Shown piece by piece: positions 13,140-25,979 of a DNA stretch of 64,000 bases. The stretch covers positions 27,218,001-27,282,000 of the forward strand of contig OZ024744.1 of assembly GCA_964016885.1 (NCBI GenBank), read 5' to 3'. Within the stretch, counting starts at the first letter, position 1. Each line of letters begins with the position of its first letter. The notes beneath the pieces were generated by a model. That model made no database searches and had not been told where the DNA came from. It saw nothing but the letters and a program-made list of their open reading frames with translations. The translations under genes and the position numbers were made by a program. This stretch comes from Eledone cirrhosa (Eukaryota).

Positions 13140-16100
13140 CACTGCTTCGGCTAGGCATCTCAGTTCATGTTGTGGTAAGATTGGAGGTAACCTTAGGGCC
13201 AAGGACACCAGAAGTCTCCACTGTTACAGCTAGGCATCTCAGTGCATGTGGTGGTAAGAAGGGATGTAACCTTAGGTCCAGGGACACCAGAAGTCTCCAC
13301 TGCTACGGCTAGGCATCTCAGTGCATGTGGTGGTAAGAAGGGAGGTAACCTTAGGGCCAGGGACAGCAGAAGTCTCCACTGCAACGGCTAGGCATCTCAG
13401 TGCATGTGGTGGTAAGAAGGGAGGTAACCTTAGGGCCAGGGACACCAGAAGTCTACACTGTTACGGCTAGTTATATCAGTGCATGTGGTGGTAAGAAAGG
13501 AGGTAACCTTAGGGCCAGGGACACCAGAAGACTCCACTGTTACGGCTAGGCATCTCAGTGCATGTGGTGGTAAGAGGGAGGTAACCTTAGGTCCAAGGAC
13601 ACAAGAAGTCTCCACTGTTACGGCTAGGCATCTCAGTGCATGTGGTGGTAAGAAGGGAGGTAACCTTAGGGCCAGGGAGACCAGACGTCTCCACTGCTAC
13701 GGCTAGTCATCTCAGTGCATGTGGTGGTAAGAATGGAGGTAACCTTAGGGCCAAGGACACCAGAAGTCTCTACTGTTACGCCTAGGCATCTCAGTGCATG
13801 TGGTGGTAAGAAGGAAGTAACCTTAGGCCCAGGGACACCAGAAGTCTCCACTGCTACGGCTAGGCATCTCAGTGCATGTGGTGGTAAGAAGGGAGGTAAC
13901 CTTAGTGCCAGGGACAGCAGAAGTCTCCACTGTTACGGCTAGGCATATCAGTGCATGTGGTTGTAAGAAGGGAGTTAACCTTAGGGCCAAGGACACCAGA
14001 AGTCTCCACTGGCACGGCTAGGCATCTCAGTGCATGTGGTGGTAAGAAGGGAGGTAACCTTAGCGCCACGGACACCAGAAGTCTCCACTGCTACGGCTAG
14101 GCATGTCAGTGCATGTGGTGGTAAGAAGGGAGGTAACCTTAGGGCCAGGGACTCCAGAAGTCTCAACTGCTACGGCTAGTCATCTCAGTGCATGTGGTGG
14201 TAAGAATGGAGGTAACCTTAGGGCCAAGGACACCAGAAGACTCCACTGTTACGGCTAGGCATGTCAGTGCATGTGGTGGTAAGAAGGGAGGTAACCTTAG
14301 GGCCAAGGACACCAGAAGACTCCACTGTTACGGCTAGGCATGTCAGTGCATGTGGTGGTAAGAAGGGAGGTAACCTTAGGGCCCGGGACACCAGAAGACT
14401 CCACTGTTACGGCTAGGCATCTCAGTGCATGTGGTGGTAAGAGGGAGGTAAACTTAGGGCCAAGGACACCAGAAGTCTCCACTGTTACGGCTAGGCATGT
14501 TAGTGCATGTGGTGGTAAGAAGGGAGGTAACCTTAGGGCCAAGGACACCAGAAGTCTCCACTGTTACGGCTAGGCATGTCAGTGCATGTGGTGGTAAGAA
14601 GGGAGCTAACCTTAGGGCCAGGGACACCAGAAGTCTCCACTGTTACGGCTAGGCATCTCAGTGCATGTGGTGGTAAGAAGGGAGGTAACCTTAGGGCCAA
14701 AGACACCAGAAGTCTCCACTGTTACGGCTAGGCATGTCAGTGCATGTGGTGGTAAGAAGGGAGGTAACCTTAGGGCCAGGGACACCAGAAGTCTCCACTG
14801 TTACGGCTAGGCATCTCAGTGCATGTGGTGGTAAGAAGGGAGGGAACCTTAGGGCCAGGGACACCAGAAGTCTCCACTGTTACGGCTAGGCATGTCAGTG
14901 CATGTGGTGGTAAGAAGGGAGGGAACCTTAGGGCCAGGGACACCAGAAGTCTCCACTGTTACGGCTAGGCATCTCAGTGCATGTGGTGGTAAGAAGGGAG
15001 GTAACCTTAGGGACAGGCCCACCAGAAGTCTCCACTGCTACGGCTAGGCATCTCAGTGCATGTGGTGGTAAGAAAGGAGGTAACCTTTATGCCAGGGACA
15101 CCAGAAGTCTCCACTGTTACGGCTAGGCATGTCAGTGCGTGTGGTGGTAAGGAGGGAGGCAACCTTAGGGTCAAGGACACCAGAAGTCTCCACTGTTACG
15201 GCTAGGCATGTCAGTGCATGTGGTGGTAAGAAGGGAGGTAACCTTAGGGCCAGGGACACCAGAAGTCTACACTGTTACGGCTAGGCATATCAGTGCATGT
15301 GGTGGTAAGAAGGGAGGGAACCTTAGGGCCAGGGACACCAGAAGTCTCCACTGTTACGGCTAGGCATGTCAGTGCATGTGGTGGTAAGAAGGGAGGGAAC
15401 CTTAGGGCCAGGGACACCAGAAGTCTCCACTGTTACGGCTAGGCATCTCAGTGCATGTGGTGGTAAGAAGGGAGGTAACCTTAGGGACAGGCCCACCAGA
15501 AGTCTCCACTGCTACGGCTAGGCATCTCAGTGCATGTGGTGGTAAGAAAGGAGGTAACCTTTGTGCCAGGGACACCAGAAGTCTCCACTGTTACGGCTAG
15601 GCATGTCAGTGCGTGTGGTGGTAAGGAGGGAGGCAACCTTAGGGTCAAGGACACCAGAAGTCTCCACTGTTACGGCTAGGCATGTCAGTGCATGTGGTGG
15701 TAAGAAGGGAGGTAACCTTAGGGCCAGGGACACCAGAAGTCTACACTGTTACGGCTAGGCATATCAGTGCATGTGGTGGTAAGAAGGGAGGTAACCTTAG
15801 GGCCAGGGACACCAGAAGTTTCCACTGTTACGGCTAGGCATCTCACTTCATGTGGTGGTAAGAAGGGCGGTAACCTTAGGGCCAAGGACACCAGAAGTCT
15901 CCACTGCTACGGCTAGGCATCTCAGTGCATGTGGTGGTAAGAAGGGAGGTAACCTAAGGGCCAAGGACACCAGAAGTCTACACTGTTACGCCTAGGCATC
16001 TCAGTGCATGTGGTGGTAAGAAGGAAGTAACCTTAGGGCCAGGGACACCAGAAGTCTCCACTGCTACGGCTAGGCATCTCAGTTCATGTTGTGGTAAGAT

Positions 16101-18980
16101 TGGAGGTAACCTTAGGGCCAAGGACACCAGAAGTCTCCACTGTTACAGCTGGGCATCTCAGTGCATGTGGTGGTAAGAAGGGATGTAACCTTAGGTCCAG
16201 GGACACCAGAAGGCTCCACTGCTACGGCTAGGCATCTCAGTGCATGTGGTGGTAAGAAGGGAGGTAACCTTAGGGCCAGGGACAGCAGAAGTCTCCACTG
16301 CAACGGCTAGGCATCTCAGTGCATGTGGTGGTAAGAAGGGAGGTAACCTTAGGGCCAGGGACACCAGAAGTCTACACTGTTACGGCTAGTTATATCAGTA
16401 CATGTGGTGGTAAGAAAGGAGGTAACCTTAGGGCCAGGGACACCAGAAGACTCCACTGTTACGGCTAGGCATCTCAGTGCATGTGGTGGTAAGAAGGGAG
16501 GTAACCTTAGGTCCAAGGACACAAGAAGTCTCCACTGTTACGGCTAGGCATCTCAGTGCATGTGGTGGTAAGAAGGGAGGTAACCTTAGGGCCAGGGAGA
16601 CCAGACGTCTCCACTGCTACGGCTAGTCATCTCAGTGCATGTGGTGGTAAGAATGGAGGTAACCTTAGGGCCAAGGACACCAGAAGTCTCTACTGTTACG
16701 CCTAGGCATCTCAGTGCATGTGGTGGTAAGAAGGAAGTAACCTTAGGCCCAGGGACACCAGAAGTCTCCACTGCTACGGCTAGGCATCTCAGTGCATGTG
16801 GTGGTAAGAAGGGAGGTAACCTTAGGGCCAGGGACAGCAGAAGTCTCCACTGTTACGGCTAGGCATATCAGTGCATGTGGTTGTAAGAAGGGAGTTAACC
16901 TTAGGGCCAAGGACACCAGAAGTCTCCACTGGCACGGCTAGGCATCTCAGTGCATGTGGTGGTAAGAAGGGAGGTAACCTTAGCGCCACGGACACCAGAA
17001 GTCTCCACTGCTACGGCTAGGCATGTCAGTGCATGTGGTGGTAAGAAGGGAGGTAACCTTAGGGCCAGGGACTCCAGAAGTCTCAACTGCTACGGCTAGT
17101 CATCTCAGTGCATGTGGTGGTAAGAATGGAGGTAACCTTAGGGCCAAGGACACCAGAAGACTCCACTGTTACGGCTAGGCATGTCAGTGCATGTGGTGGT
17201 AAGAAGGGAGGTAACCTTAGGGCCAAGGACACCAGAAGACTCCACTGTTACGGCTAGGCATGTCAGTGCATGTGGTGGTAAGAAGGGAGGTAACCTTAGG
17301 GCCCGGGACACCAGAAGACTCCACTGTTACGGCTAGGCATCTCAGTGCATGTGGTGGTAAGAGGGAGGTAAACTTAGGGCCAAGGACACCAGAAGTCTCC
17401 ACTGTTACGGCTAGGCATGTTAGTGCATGTGGTGGTAAGAAGGGAGGTAACCTTAGGGCCAAGGACACCAGAAGTCTCCACTGTTACGGCTAGGCATGTC
17501 AGTGCATGTGGTGGTAAGAAGGGAGCTAACCTTAGGGCCAGGGACACCAGAAGTCTCCACTGTTACGGCTAGGCATCTCAGTGCATGTGGTGGTAAGAAG
17601 GGAGGTAACCTTAGGGCCAAAGACACCAGAAGTCTCCACTGTTACGGCTAGGCATGTCAGTGCATCTGGTGGTAAGAAGGGAGGTAACCTTAGGGCCAGG
17701 GACACCAGAAGTCTCCACTGTTACGGCTAGGCATCTCAGTGCATGTGGTGGTAAGAAGGGAGGGAACCTTAGGGCCAGGGACACCAGAAGTCTCCACTGT
17801 TACGGCTAGGCATGTCAGTGCATGTGGTGGTAAGAAGGGAGGGAACCTTAGGGCCAGGGACACCAGAAGTCTCCACTGTTACGGCTAGGCATCTCAGTGC
17901 ATGTGGTGGTAAGAAGGGAGGTAACCTTAGGGACAGGCCCACCAGAAGTCTCCACTGCTACGGCTAGGCATCTCAGTGCATGTGGTGGTAAGAAAGGAGG
18001 TAACCTTTGTGCCAGGGACACCAGAAGTCTCCACTGTTACGGCTAGGCATGTCAGTGCGTGTGGTGGTAAGGAGGGAGGCAACCTTAGGGTCAAGGACAC
18101 CAGAAGTCTCCACTGTTACGGCTAGGCATGTCAGTGCATGTGGTGGTAAGAAGGGAGGTAACCTTAGGGCCAGGGACACCAGAAGTCTACACTGTTACGG
18201 CTAGGCATATCAGTGCATGTGGTGGTAAGAAGGGAGGGAACCTTAGGGCCAGGGACACCAGAAGTCTCCACTGTTACGGCTAGGCATGTCAGTGCATGTG
18301 GTGGTAAGAAGGGAGGGAACCTTAGGGCCAGGGACACCAGAAGTCTCCACTGTTACGGCTAGGCATCTCAGTGCATGTGGTGGTAAGAAGGGAGGTAACC
18401 TTAGGGACAGGCCCACCAGAAGTCTCCACTGCTACGGCTAGGCATCTCAGTGCATGTGGTGGTAAGAAAGGAGGTAACCTTTGTGCCAGGGACACCAGAA
18501 GTCTCCACTGTTACGGCTAGGCATGTCAGTGCGTGTGGTGGTAAGGAGGGAGGCAACCTTAGGGTCAAGGACACCAGAAGTCTCCACTGTTACGGCTAGG
18601 CATGTCAGTGCATGTGGTGGTAAGAAGGGAGGTAACCTTAGGGCCAGGGACACCAGAAGTCTACACTGTTACGGCTAGGCATATCAGTGCATGTGGTGGT
18701 AAGAAGGGAGGTAACCTTAGGGCCAGGGACACCAGAAGTTTCCACTGTTACGGCTAGGCATCTCACTTCATGTGGTGGTAAGAAGGGAGGTAACCTTAGG
18801 GCCAAGGACACCAGAAGTCTCCACTGCTACGGCTAGGCATCTCAGTGCATGTGGTGGTAAGAAGGGAGGTAACCTAAGGGCCAAGGACACCAGAAGTCTC
18901 CACTGTTACGCCTAGGCATCTCAGTGCATGTGGTGGTAAGAAGGAAGTAACCTTAGGGCCAGGGACACCAGAAGTCTCCA
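13140..18980 (+). repeat. Near-identical tandem duplication of a ~2920-bp (37-monomer) block, each copy containing an internal 474-bp (6-monomer) duplication
   Basis: ORF pairs 14297/17217, 15053/17973 and 15527/18447 are offset by 2920, and pairs 15053/15527 and 17973/18447 by 474. Markers: GTTGTGGTAAGATTGG (~13169/16088) and AACCTAAGGG (15951/18871). Confidence 0.92.
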
Positions 18981-21900
18981 CTGCTACGGCTAGGCATCTC
19001 AGTGCATGTGGTGGTAAGAAGGGAGGTAAACTTAGGGCCAGGGACACCAAAGGTCTCCACTGCTACGGCTAGGCATCTCAGTGCATGTGGTGGTAAGAAG
19101 GGAGGTAACCTTAGGGCCAAGGACACCAGAAGTCTCCACTGCCACGGCTAGGCATCTCAGTGCATGTGGTGGTAAGAAGGGAGGTAACCTTAGCGCCAGG
19201 GACACCAGAAGTCTCCACTGCTACGGCTAGGCATGTCAGTGCATGTGGTGGTAAGAAGGGAGGTAACCTTAGGGCCAAGGACACCAGAAGTCTCCACTGC
19301 TACGGCTAGGCATCTCAGTGCATGTGGTGGTAAGAAGGGAGGTAACCTTAGGGCCAAGGACACCAGAAGTCTCCACTGCCACGGCTAGGCATCTCAGTGC
19401 ATGTGGTGGTAAGAAGGAAGTAACCTTAGGGCCAGGGACACCAGAAGTCTCCACTGCTACGGCTAGGCATCTCAGTGCATGTGGTGGTAAGAAGGGAGGT
19501 AACCTTAGGGCCAGGGACAGCAGAAGTCTCCACTGTTACGGCTATGCATATCAGTGCATGTGGTGCTAAGAAGGGAGGTAACCTTAGGGCCAAGGACACC
19601 AGAAGTCTCCACTGCCACGGCTAGGCATCTCAGTGCATGTGGTGGTAAGAAGGGAGGTAACCTTAGCGCCAGGGACACCAGAAGTCTCCACTGCTACGGC
19701 TAGGCATGTCAGTGCATGTGGTGGTAAGAAGGGAGGTAACCTTAGGGCCAAGGACACCAGAAGACTCCACTGTTACGGCTAGTCATGTCAGTGCATTTGG
19801 TGGTAAGAAGGGAGGTAACCTTAGGGCCAGGGACACCAGAAGTCTCCACTGCTACGGCTAGGCATCTCAGTGCATGTGGTGGTAAGAAGGGAAGTAACCT
19901 TAGGGCCAAGGACACCAGAAGACTCCACTGTTACGGCTAGTCATGTCAGTGCATTTGGTGGTAAGAAGGGAGGTAACCTTAGGGCCAGGGACACCAGAAG
20001 TCTCCACTGTTACGGCTAGGCATCTCAGTGCATGTGGTGGTAAGAAGGGAGGTAACCTTAGGGCCAAGGACACCAGAAGACTCCACTGTTACGGCTAGTC
20101 ATGTCAGTGCATTTGGTGGTAAGAAGGGAGGTAACCTTAGGGCCAGGGACACCAGAAGTCTCCACTGTTACGGCTAGGCATGTCAGTGCATGTGGTGGTA
20201 AGAAGGGAGGTAACCTTAGGGCCAAGGACACCAGAAGTCTCCACTGTTACGGCTAGGCATGTCTGTGCATGTGGTGGTAAGAAGGGAGGTAACCTTAGGG
20301 CCAAGGACACCAGAAGTCTCCACTGTTACGGCTAGGCATCTCAGTGGATGTGGTGGTAAGAAGGGAGGTAACCTTAGGGCCAGGGACACCAGAAGTCTCC
20401 ACTGTTACAGCTAGGCATCTCAGTGCATGTGGTGGTAAGGAGGGAGATAACCTTAGGGCCAAGGACACCAGAAGTCTCCACTGTTACGGCTAGGCATCTC
20501 AGTGCATGTGGTGGTAAGAAGGGAGGTAACCTTAGGGCCAAGGACACCAGAAGTCTCCACTGTTACGGCTAGGCATCTCAGTGCATGTGGTGGTAAGAAG
20601 GGAGGTAACCTTAGAGCCAGGGACACCAGAAGACTCCACTGTTACGGCTAGGCATCTCAGTGCATGTGGTGGTAAGAATGAGGTAACCTTAGGGCCAGGG
20701 ACACCAGAAGTCTCCACTGTTACGGCTAGGCATCTCAGTGCATGTGGTGGTAAGAAGGGAGGTAACCTTAGGGCCAGGAACACCAGAAGACTCCACTGCT
20801 ACGGCTAGGCATCTCAGTGCATGTGGTGGTAAGAAAGGTGGTAACCTTAGGGCCAAGGACACCAGAAGTCTCCACTGTTACGGCTAGGCATGTCAGTGCA
20901 TGTGGCGGTAAGAAGGGAGGGAACCTTAGGGCCAGGGACACCAGAAGTCTCCACTGCTACGGCTAGGCATCTCATTGCATGTGGTGGTAAGAAGGGAAGG
21001 AACCTTAGGGCCAGGGACACCAGAAGTGTCCACTGCTACGGCTAGGCATCTCAGTGCATGTGGTGGTAAGAAGGGAGGTAACCTTAGGGCCAGGGACACC
21101 AGAAGTCTCCAGTGTTACGGCTAGGCATCTCAGTGCATGTGGTGGTAAGAAGGGAAGGAAACTTAGGGCCAAGGACACCAGAAGACTCCACTGTTACGGC
21201 TAGTCATGTCAGTGCATTTGGTGGTAAGAAGGGAGGTAACCTTAGGGCCAGGGACACCAGAAGTCTCCACTGTTACGGCTAGGCATGTCAGTGCATGTGG
21301 TGGTAAGAAGGGAGGTAACCTTAGGGCCAAGGACACCAGAAGTCTCCACTGTTACGGCTAGGCATGTCTGTGCATGTGGTGGTAAGAAGGGAGGTAACCT
21401 TAGGGCCAAGGACACCAGAAGTCTCCACTGTTACGGCTAGGCATCTCAGTGCATGTGGTGGTAAGAAGGGAGGTAACCTTAGGGCCAGGGACACCAGAAG
21501 TCTCCACTGTTACGGCTAGGCATCTCAGTGCATGTGGTGGTAAGGAGGGAGATAACCTTAGGGCCAAGGACACCAGAAGTTTCCACTGTTACGGCTAGGC
21601 ATCTCAGTGCATGTGGTGGTAAGAAGGGAGGTAACCTTAGGGCCAAGGACACCAGAAGTCTCCACTGTTACGGCTAGGCATCTCAGTGCATGTGGTGGTA
21701 AGAAGGGAGGTAACCTTAGAGCCAGGGACACCAGAAGTCTCCACTGTTACGGCTAGGCATCTCAGTGCATGTTGTGGTAAGAAGGGAGGTAACCTTAGCG
21801 CCAGGGACACCAGAAGTCTCCACTGTTACGGCTAGGCATCTCAGTGCATGTGGTGGTAAGAAGGGAGGTAACCTTAGAGCCAGGGACACCAGAAGTCTCC

Positions 21901-24900
21901 ACTGCTACGGCTAGGCATCTCAGTGCATGTGGTGGTAAGAAGGGAGGGAACCTTAGGTCCAGGGACACCAGAAGTCTCCACTGCTACGGCTAGGCATCTC
22001 AGTTCATGTGGTGGTAAGAAGGGAGGTAACCTTAGGGCCAAGGACACCAGAAGTCTCCACTGTTACGGCTAGGCATCTCAGTGCATGTGGTGGTAAGAAG
22101 GGAGGTAACCTTAGGTCCAGGGACACCAGAAGTCTCCACTGCTACGGCTAGGCATCTCAGTTCATGTGGTGGTAAGAAGGGAGGTAACCTTAGGGCCAAG
22201 GACACCAGAAGTCTCCACTGTTACGGCTAGGCATCTCAGTGCATGTGGTGGTAAGAAGGGAGGTAACCTTAGGTCCAAGGACACCAGAAGTCTCCACTGC
22301 TACGGCTAGGCATCTCAGTGCATGTGGTGGTAAGAAGGGAGGTAACCTAAGGGCCAAGGACACCAGAAGTCTCCACTGTTACGCCTAGGCATCTCAGTGC
22401 ATGTGGTGGTAAGAAGGAAGTAACCTTAGGGCCAGGGACACCAGAAGTCTCCACTGCTACGGCTAGGCATCTCAGTGCATGTGGTGGTAAGAAGGGAGGT
22501 AAACTTAGGGCCAGGGACACCAAAGGTCTCCACTGCTACGGCTAGGCATCTCAGTGCATGTGGTGGTAAGAAGGGAGGTAACCTTAGGGCCAAGGACACC
22601 AGAAGTCTCCACTGCCACGGCTAGGCATCTCAGTGCATGTGGTGGTAAGAAGGGAGGTAACCTTAGCGCCAGGGACACCAGAAGTCTCCAGTGCTACGGC
22701 TAGGCATGTCAGTGCATGTGGTGGTAAGAAGGGAGGTAACCTTAGGGCCAAGGACACCAGAAGTCTCCACTGCTACGGCTAGGCATCTCAGTGCATGTGG
22801 TGGTAAGAAGGGAGGTAACCTTAGGGCCAAGGACACCAGAAGTCTCCACTGCCACGGCTAGGCATCTCAGTGCATGTGGTGGTAAGAAGGAAGTAACCTT
22901 AGGGCCAGGGACACCAGAAGTCTCCACTGCTACGGCTAGGCATCTCAGTGCATGTGGTGGTAAGAAGGGAGGTAACCTTAGGGCCAGGGACAGCAGAAGT
23001 CTCCACTGTTACGGCTAGGCATATCAGTGCATGTGGTGCTAAGAAGGGAGGTAACCTTAGGGCCAAGGACACCAGAAGTCTCCACTGCCACGGCTAGGCA
23101 TCTCAGTGCATGTGGTGGTAAGAAGGGAGGTAACCTTAGCGCCAGGGACACCAGAAGTCTCCACTGCTACGGCTAGGCATGTCAGTGCATGTGGTGGTAA
23201 GAAGGGAGGTAACCTTAGGGCCAAGGACACCAGAAGACTCCACTGTTACGGCTAGTCATGTCAGTGCATTTGGTGGTAAGAAGGGAGGTAACCTTAGGGC
23301 CAGGGACACCAGAAGTCTCCACTGCTACGGCTAGGCATCTCAGTGCATGTGGTGGTAAGAAGGGAAGTAACCTTAGGGCCAAGGACACCAGAAGACTCCA
23401 CTGTTACGGCTAGTCATGTCAGTGCATTTGGTGGTAAGAAGGGAGGTAACCTTAGGGCCAAGGACACCAGAAGTCTCCACTGTTACGGCTAGGCATCTCA
23501 GTGCATGTGGTGGTAAGAAGGGAGGTAACCTTAGGGCCAAGGACACCAGAAGACTCCACTGTTACGGCTAGTCATGTCAGTGCATTTGGTGGTAAGAAGG
23601 GAGGTAACCTTAGGGCCAGGGACACCAGAAGTCTCCACTGTTACGGCTAGGCATGTCAGTGCATGTGGTGGTAAGAAGGGAGGTAACCTTAGGGCCAAGG
23701 ACACCAGAAGTCTCCACTGTTACGGCTAGGCATGTCTGTGCATGTGGTGGTAAGAAGGGAGGTAACCTTAGGGCCAAGGACACCAGAAGTCTCCACTGTT
23801 ACGGCTAGGCATCTCAGTGGATGTGGTGGTAAGAAGGGAGGTAACCTTAGGGCCAGGGACACCAGAAGTCTCCACTGTTACGGCTAGGCATCTCAGTGCA
23901 TGTGGTGGTAAGGAGGGAGATAACCTTAGGGCCAAGGACACCAGAAGTCTCCACTGTTACGGCTAGGCATCTCAGTGCATGTGGTGGTAAGAAGGGAGGT
24001 AACCTTAGGGCCAAGGACACCAGAAGTCTCCACTGTTACGGCTAGGCATCTCAGTGCATGTGGTGGTAAGAAGGGAGGTAACCTTAGAGCCAGGGACACC
24101 AGAAGACTCCACTGTTACGGCTAGGCATCTCAGTGCATGTGGTGGTAAGAATGAGGTAACCTTAGGGCCAGGGACACCAGAAGTCTCCACTGTTACGGCT
24201 AGGCATCTCAGTGCATGTGGTGGTAAGAAGGGATGTAACCTTAGGGCCAGGAACACCAGAAGACTCCACTGCTACGGCTAGGCATCTCAGTGCATGTGGT
24301 GGTAAGAAAGGTGGTAACCTTAGGGCCAAGGACACCAGAAGTCTCCACTGTTACGGCTAGGCATGTCAGTGCATGTGGCGGTAAGTAGGGAGGGAACCTT
24401 AGGGCCAGGGACACCAGAAGTTTCCACTGCTACGGCTAGGCATCTCATTGCATGTGGTGGTAAGAAGGGAAGGAACCTTAGGGCCAGGGACACCAGAAGT
24501 GTCCACTGCTACGGCTAGGCATCTCAGTGCATGTGGTGGTAAGAAGGGAGGTAACCTTAGGGCCAGGGACACCAGAAGTCTCCAGTGTTACGGCTAGGCA
24601 TCTCAGTGCATGTGGTGGTAAGAAGGGAAGGAAACTTAGGGCCAAGGACACCAGAAGACTCCACTGTTACGGCTAGTCATGTCAGTGCATTTGGTGGTAA
24701 GAAGGGAGGTAACCTTAGGGCCAGGGACACCAGAAGTCTCCACTGTTACGGCTAGGCATGTCAGTGCATGTGGTGGTAAGAAGGGAGGTAACCTTAGGGC
24801 CAAGGACACCAGAAGTCTCCACTGTTACGGCTAGGCATGTCTGTGCATGTGGTGGTAAGAAGGGAGGTAACCTTAGGGCCAAGGACACCAGAAGTCTCCA

Positions 24901-25630
24901 CTGTTACGGCTAGGCATCTCAGTGCATGTGGTGGTAAGAAGGGAGGTAACCTTAGGGCCAGGGACACCAGAAGTCTCCACTGTTACGGCTAGGCATCTCA
25001 GTGCATGTGGTGGTAAGGAGGGAGATAACCTTAGGGCCAAGGACACCAGAAGTCTCCACTGTTACGGCTAGGCATCTCAGTGCATGTGGTGGTAAGAATG
25101 GAGGTAACCTTAGGGCCAAGGACACCAGAAGTCTCCACTGTTACGGCTAGGCATCTCAGTGCATGTGGTGGTAAGAAGGGAGGTAACCTTAGAGCCAGGG
25201 ACACCAGAAGTCTCCACTGTTACGGCTAGGCATCTCAGTGCATGTTGTGGTAAGAAGGGAGGTAACCTTAGCGCCAGGGACACCAGAAGTCTCCACTGTT
25301 ACGGCTAGGCATCTCAGTGCATGTGGTGGTAAGAAGGGAGGTAACCTTAGGGCCAGGGACACCAGAAGTCTCCACTGCTACGGCTAGGCATCTCAGTGCA
25401 TGTGGTGGTAAGAAGGGAGGGAACCTTAGGTCCAGGGACACCAGAAGTCTCCACTGCTACGGCTAGGCATCTCAGTTCATGTGGTGGTAAGAAGGGAGGT
25501 AACCTTAGGGCCAAGGACACCAGAAGTCTCCACTGTTACGGCTAGGCATCTCAGTGCATGTGGTGGTAAGAAGGGAGGTAACCTTAGGTCCAGGGACACC
25601 AGAAGTCTCCACTGCTACGGCTAGGCATCT
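18860..25630 (+). repeat. Tandem duplication of a 3473-bp (44-monomer) block with its own variant set
   Basis: AACCTAAGGG at 18871/22344. ORF pairs 19269/22742 and 20532/24005 are offset by 3473. Variants GCATTTGG, TGCCACGG, GTCTGTG, CCAAAGGTC and CTCATTG were seen only here. Confidence 0.92.
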
Positions 25631-25979
25631 CAGTGCATGTGGTGGTAAGAAGGGAGGTAACCTTAGGGCCAGGGACAGCAGAAGTCTCCACTGCAACGGC
25701 TAGGCATCTCAGTGCATGTGGTGGTAAGAAGGGAGGTAACATTAGGGCCAGGGACACCAGAAGTCGACACTGTTACGGCTAGTTATATCAGTGCATGTGG
25801 TGGTAAGAAAGGAGGTAACCTTAGGGCCAGGGACACCAGAAGACTCCACTGTTACGGCTAGGCATCTCAGTGCATGTGGTGGTAAGAAGGGAGGTAACCT
25901 TAGGTCCAAGGACACAAGAAGTCTCCACTGTTACGGCTAGGCATCTCAGTGCATGTGGTGGTAAGAAGGGAGGTAACCT

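Larger units (their letters stand above)
3000..18980 (+). repeat. Higher-order repeat domain: five related copies with spacings of 36, 33, 40 and 37 monomers
   Basis: An ordered cassette of rare variants (TACAGCT, GGGATGT, TGCAACGG, GGGAGACC+GACGTC+TAGTCAT, CTCTACT+ACGCCT, GGCACGG, TAGCGCCACGG, GACTCCAG+CTCAACT) recurs. Equivalent ORFs start at 5063, 7905, 10510, 13666 and 16586 (offsets 2842, 2605, 3156, 2920). Confidence 0.88.
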
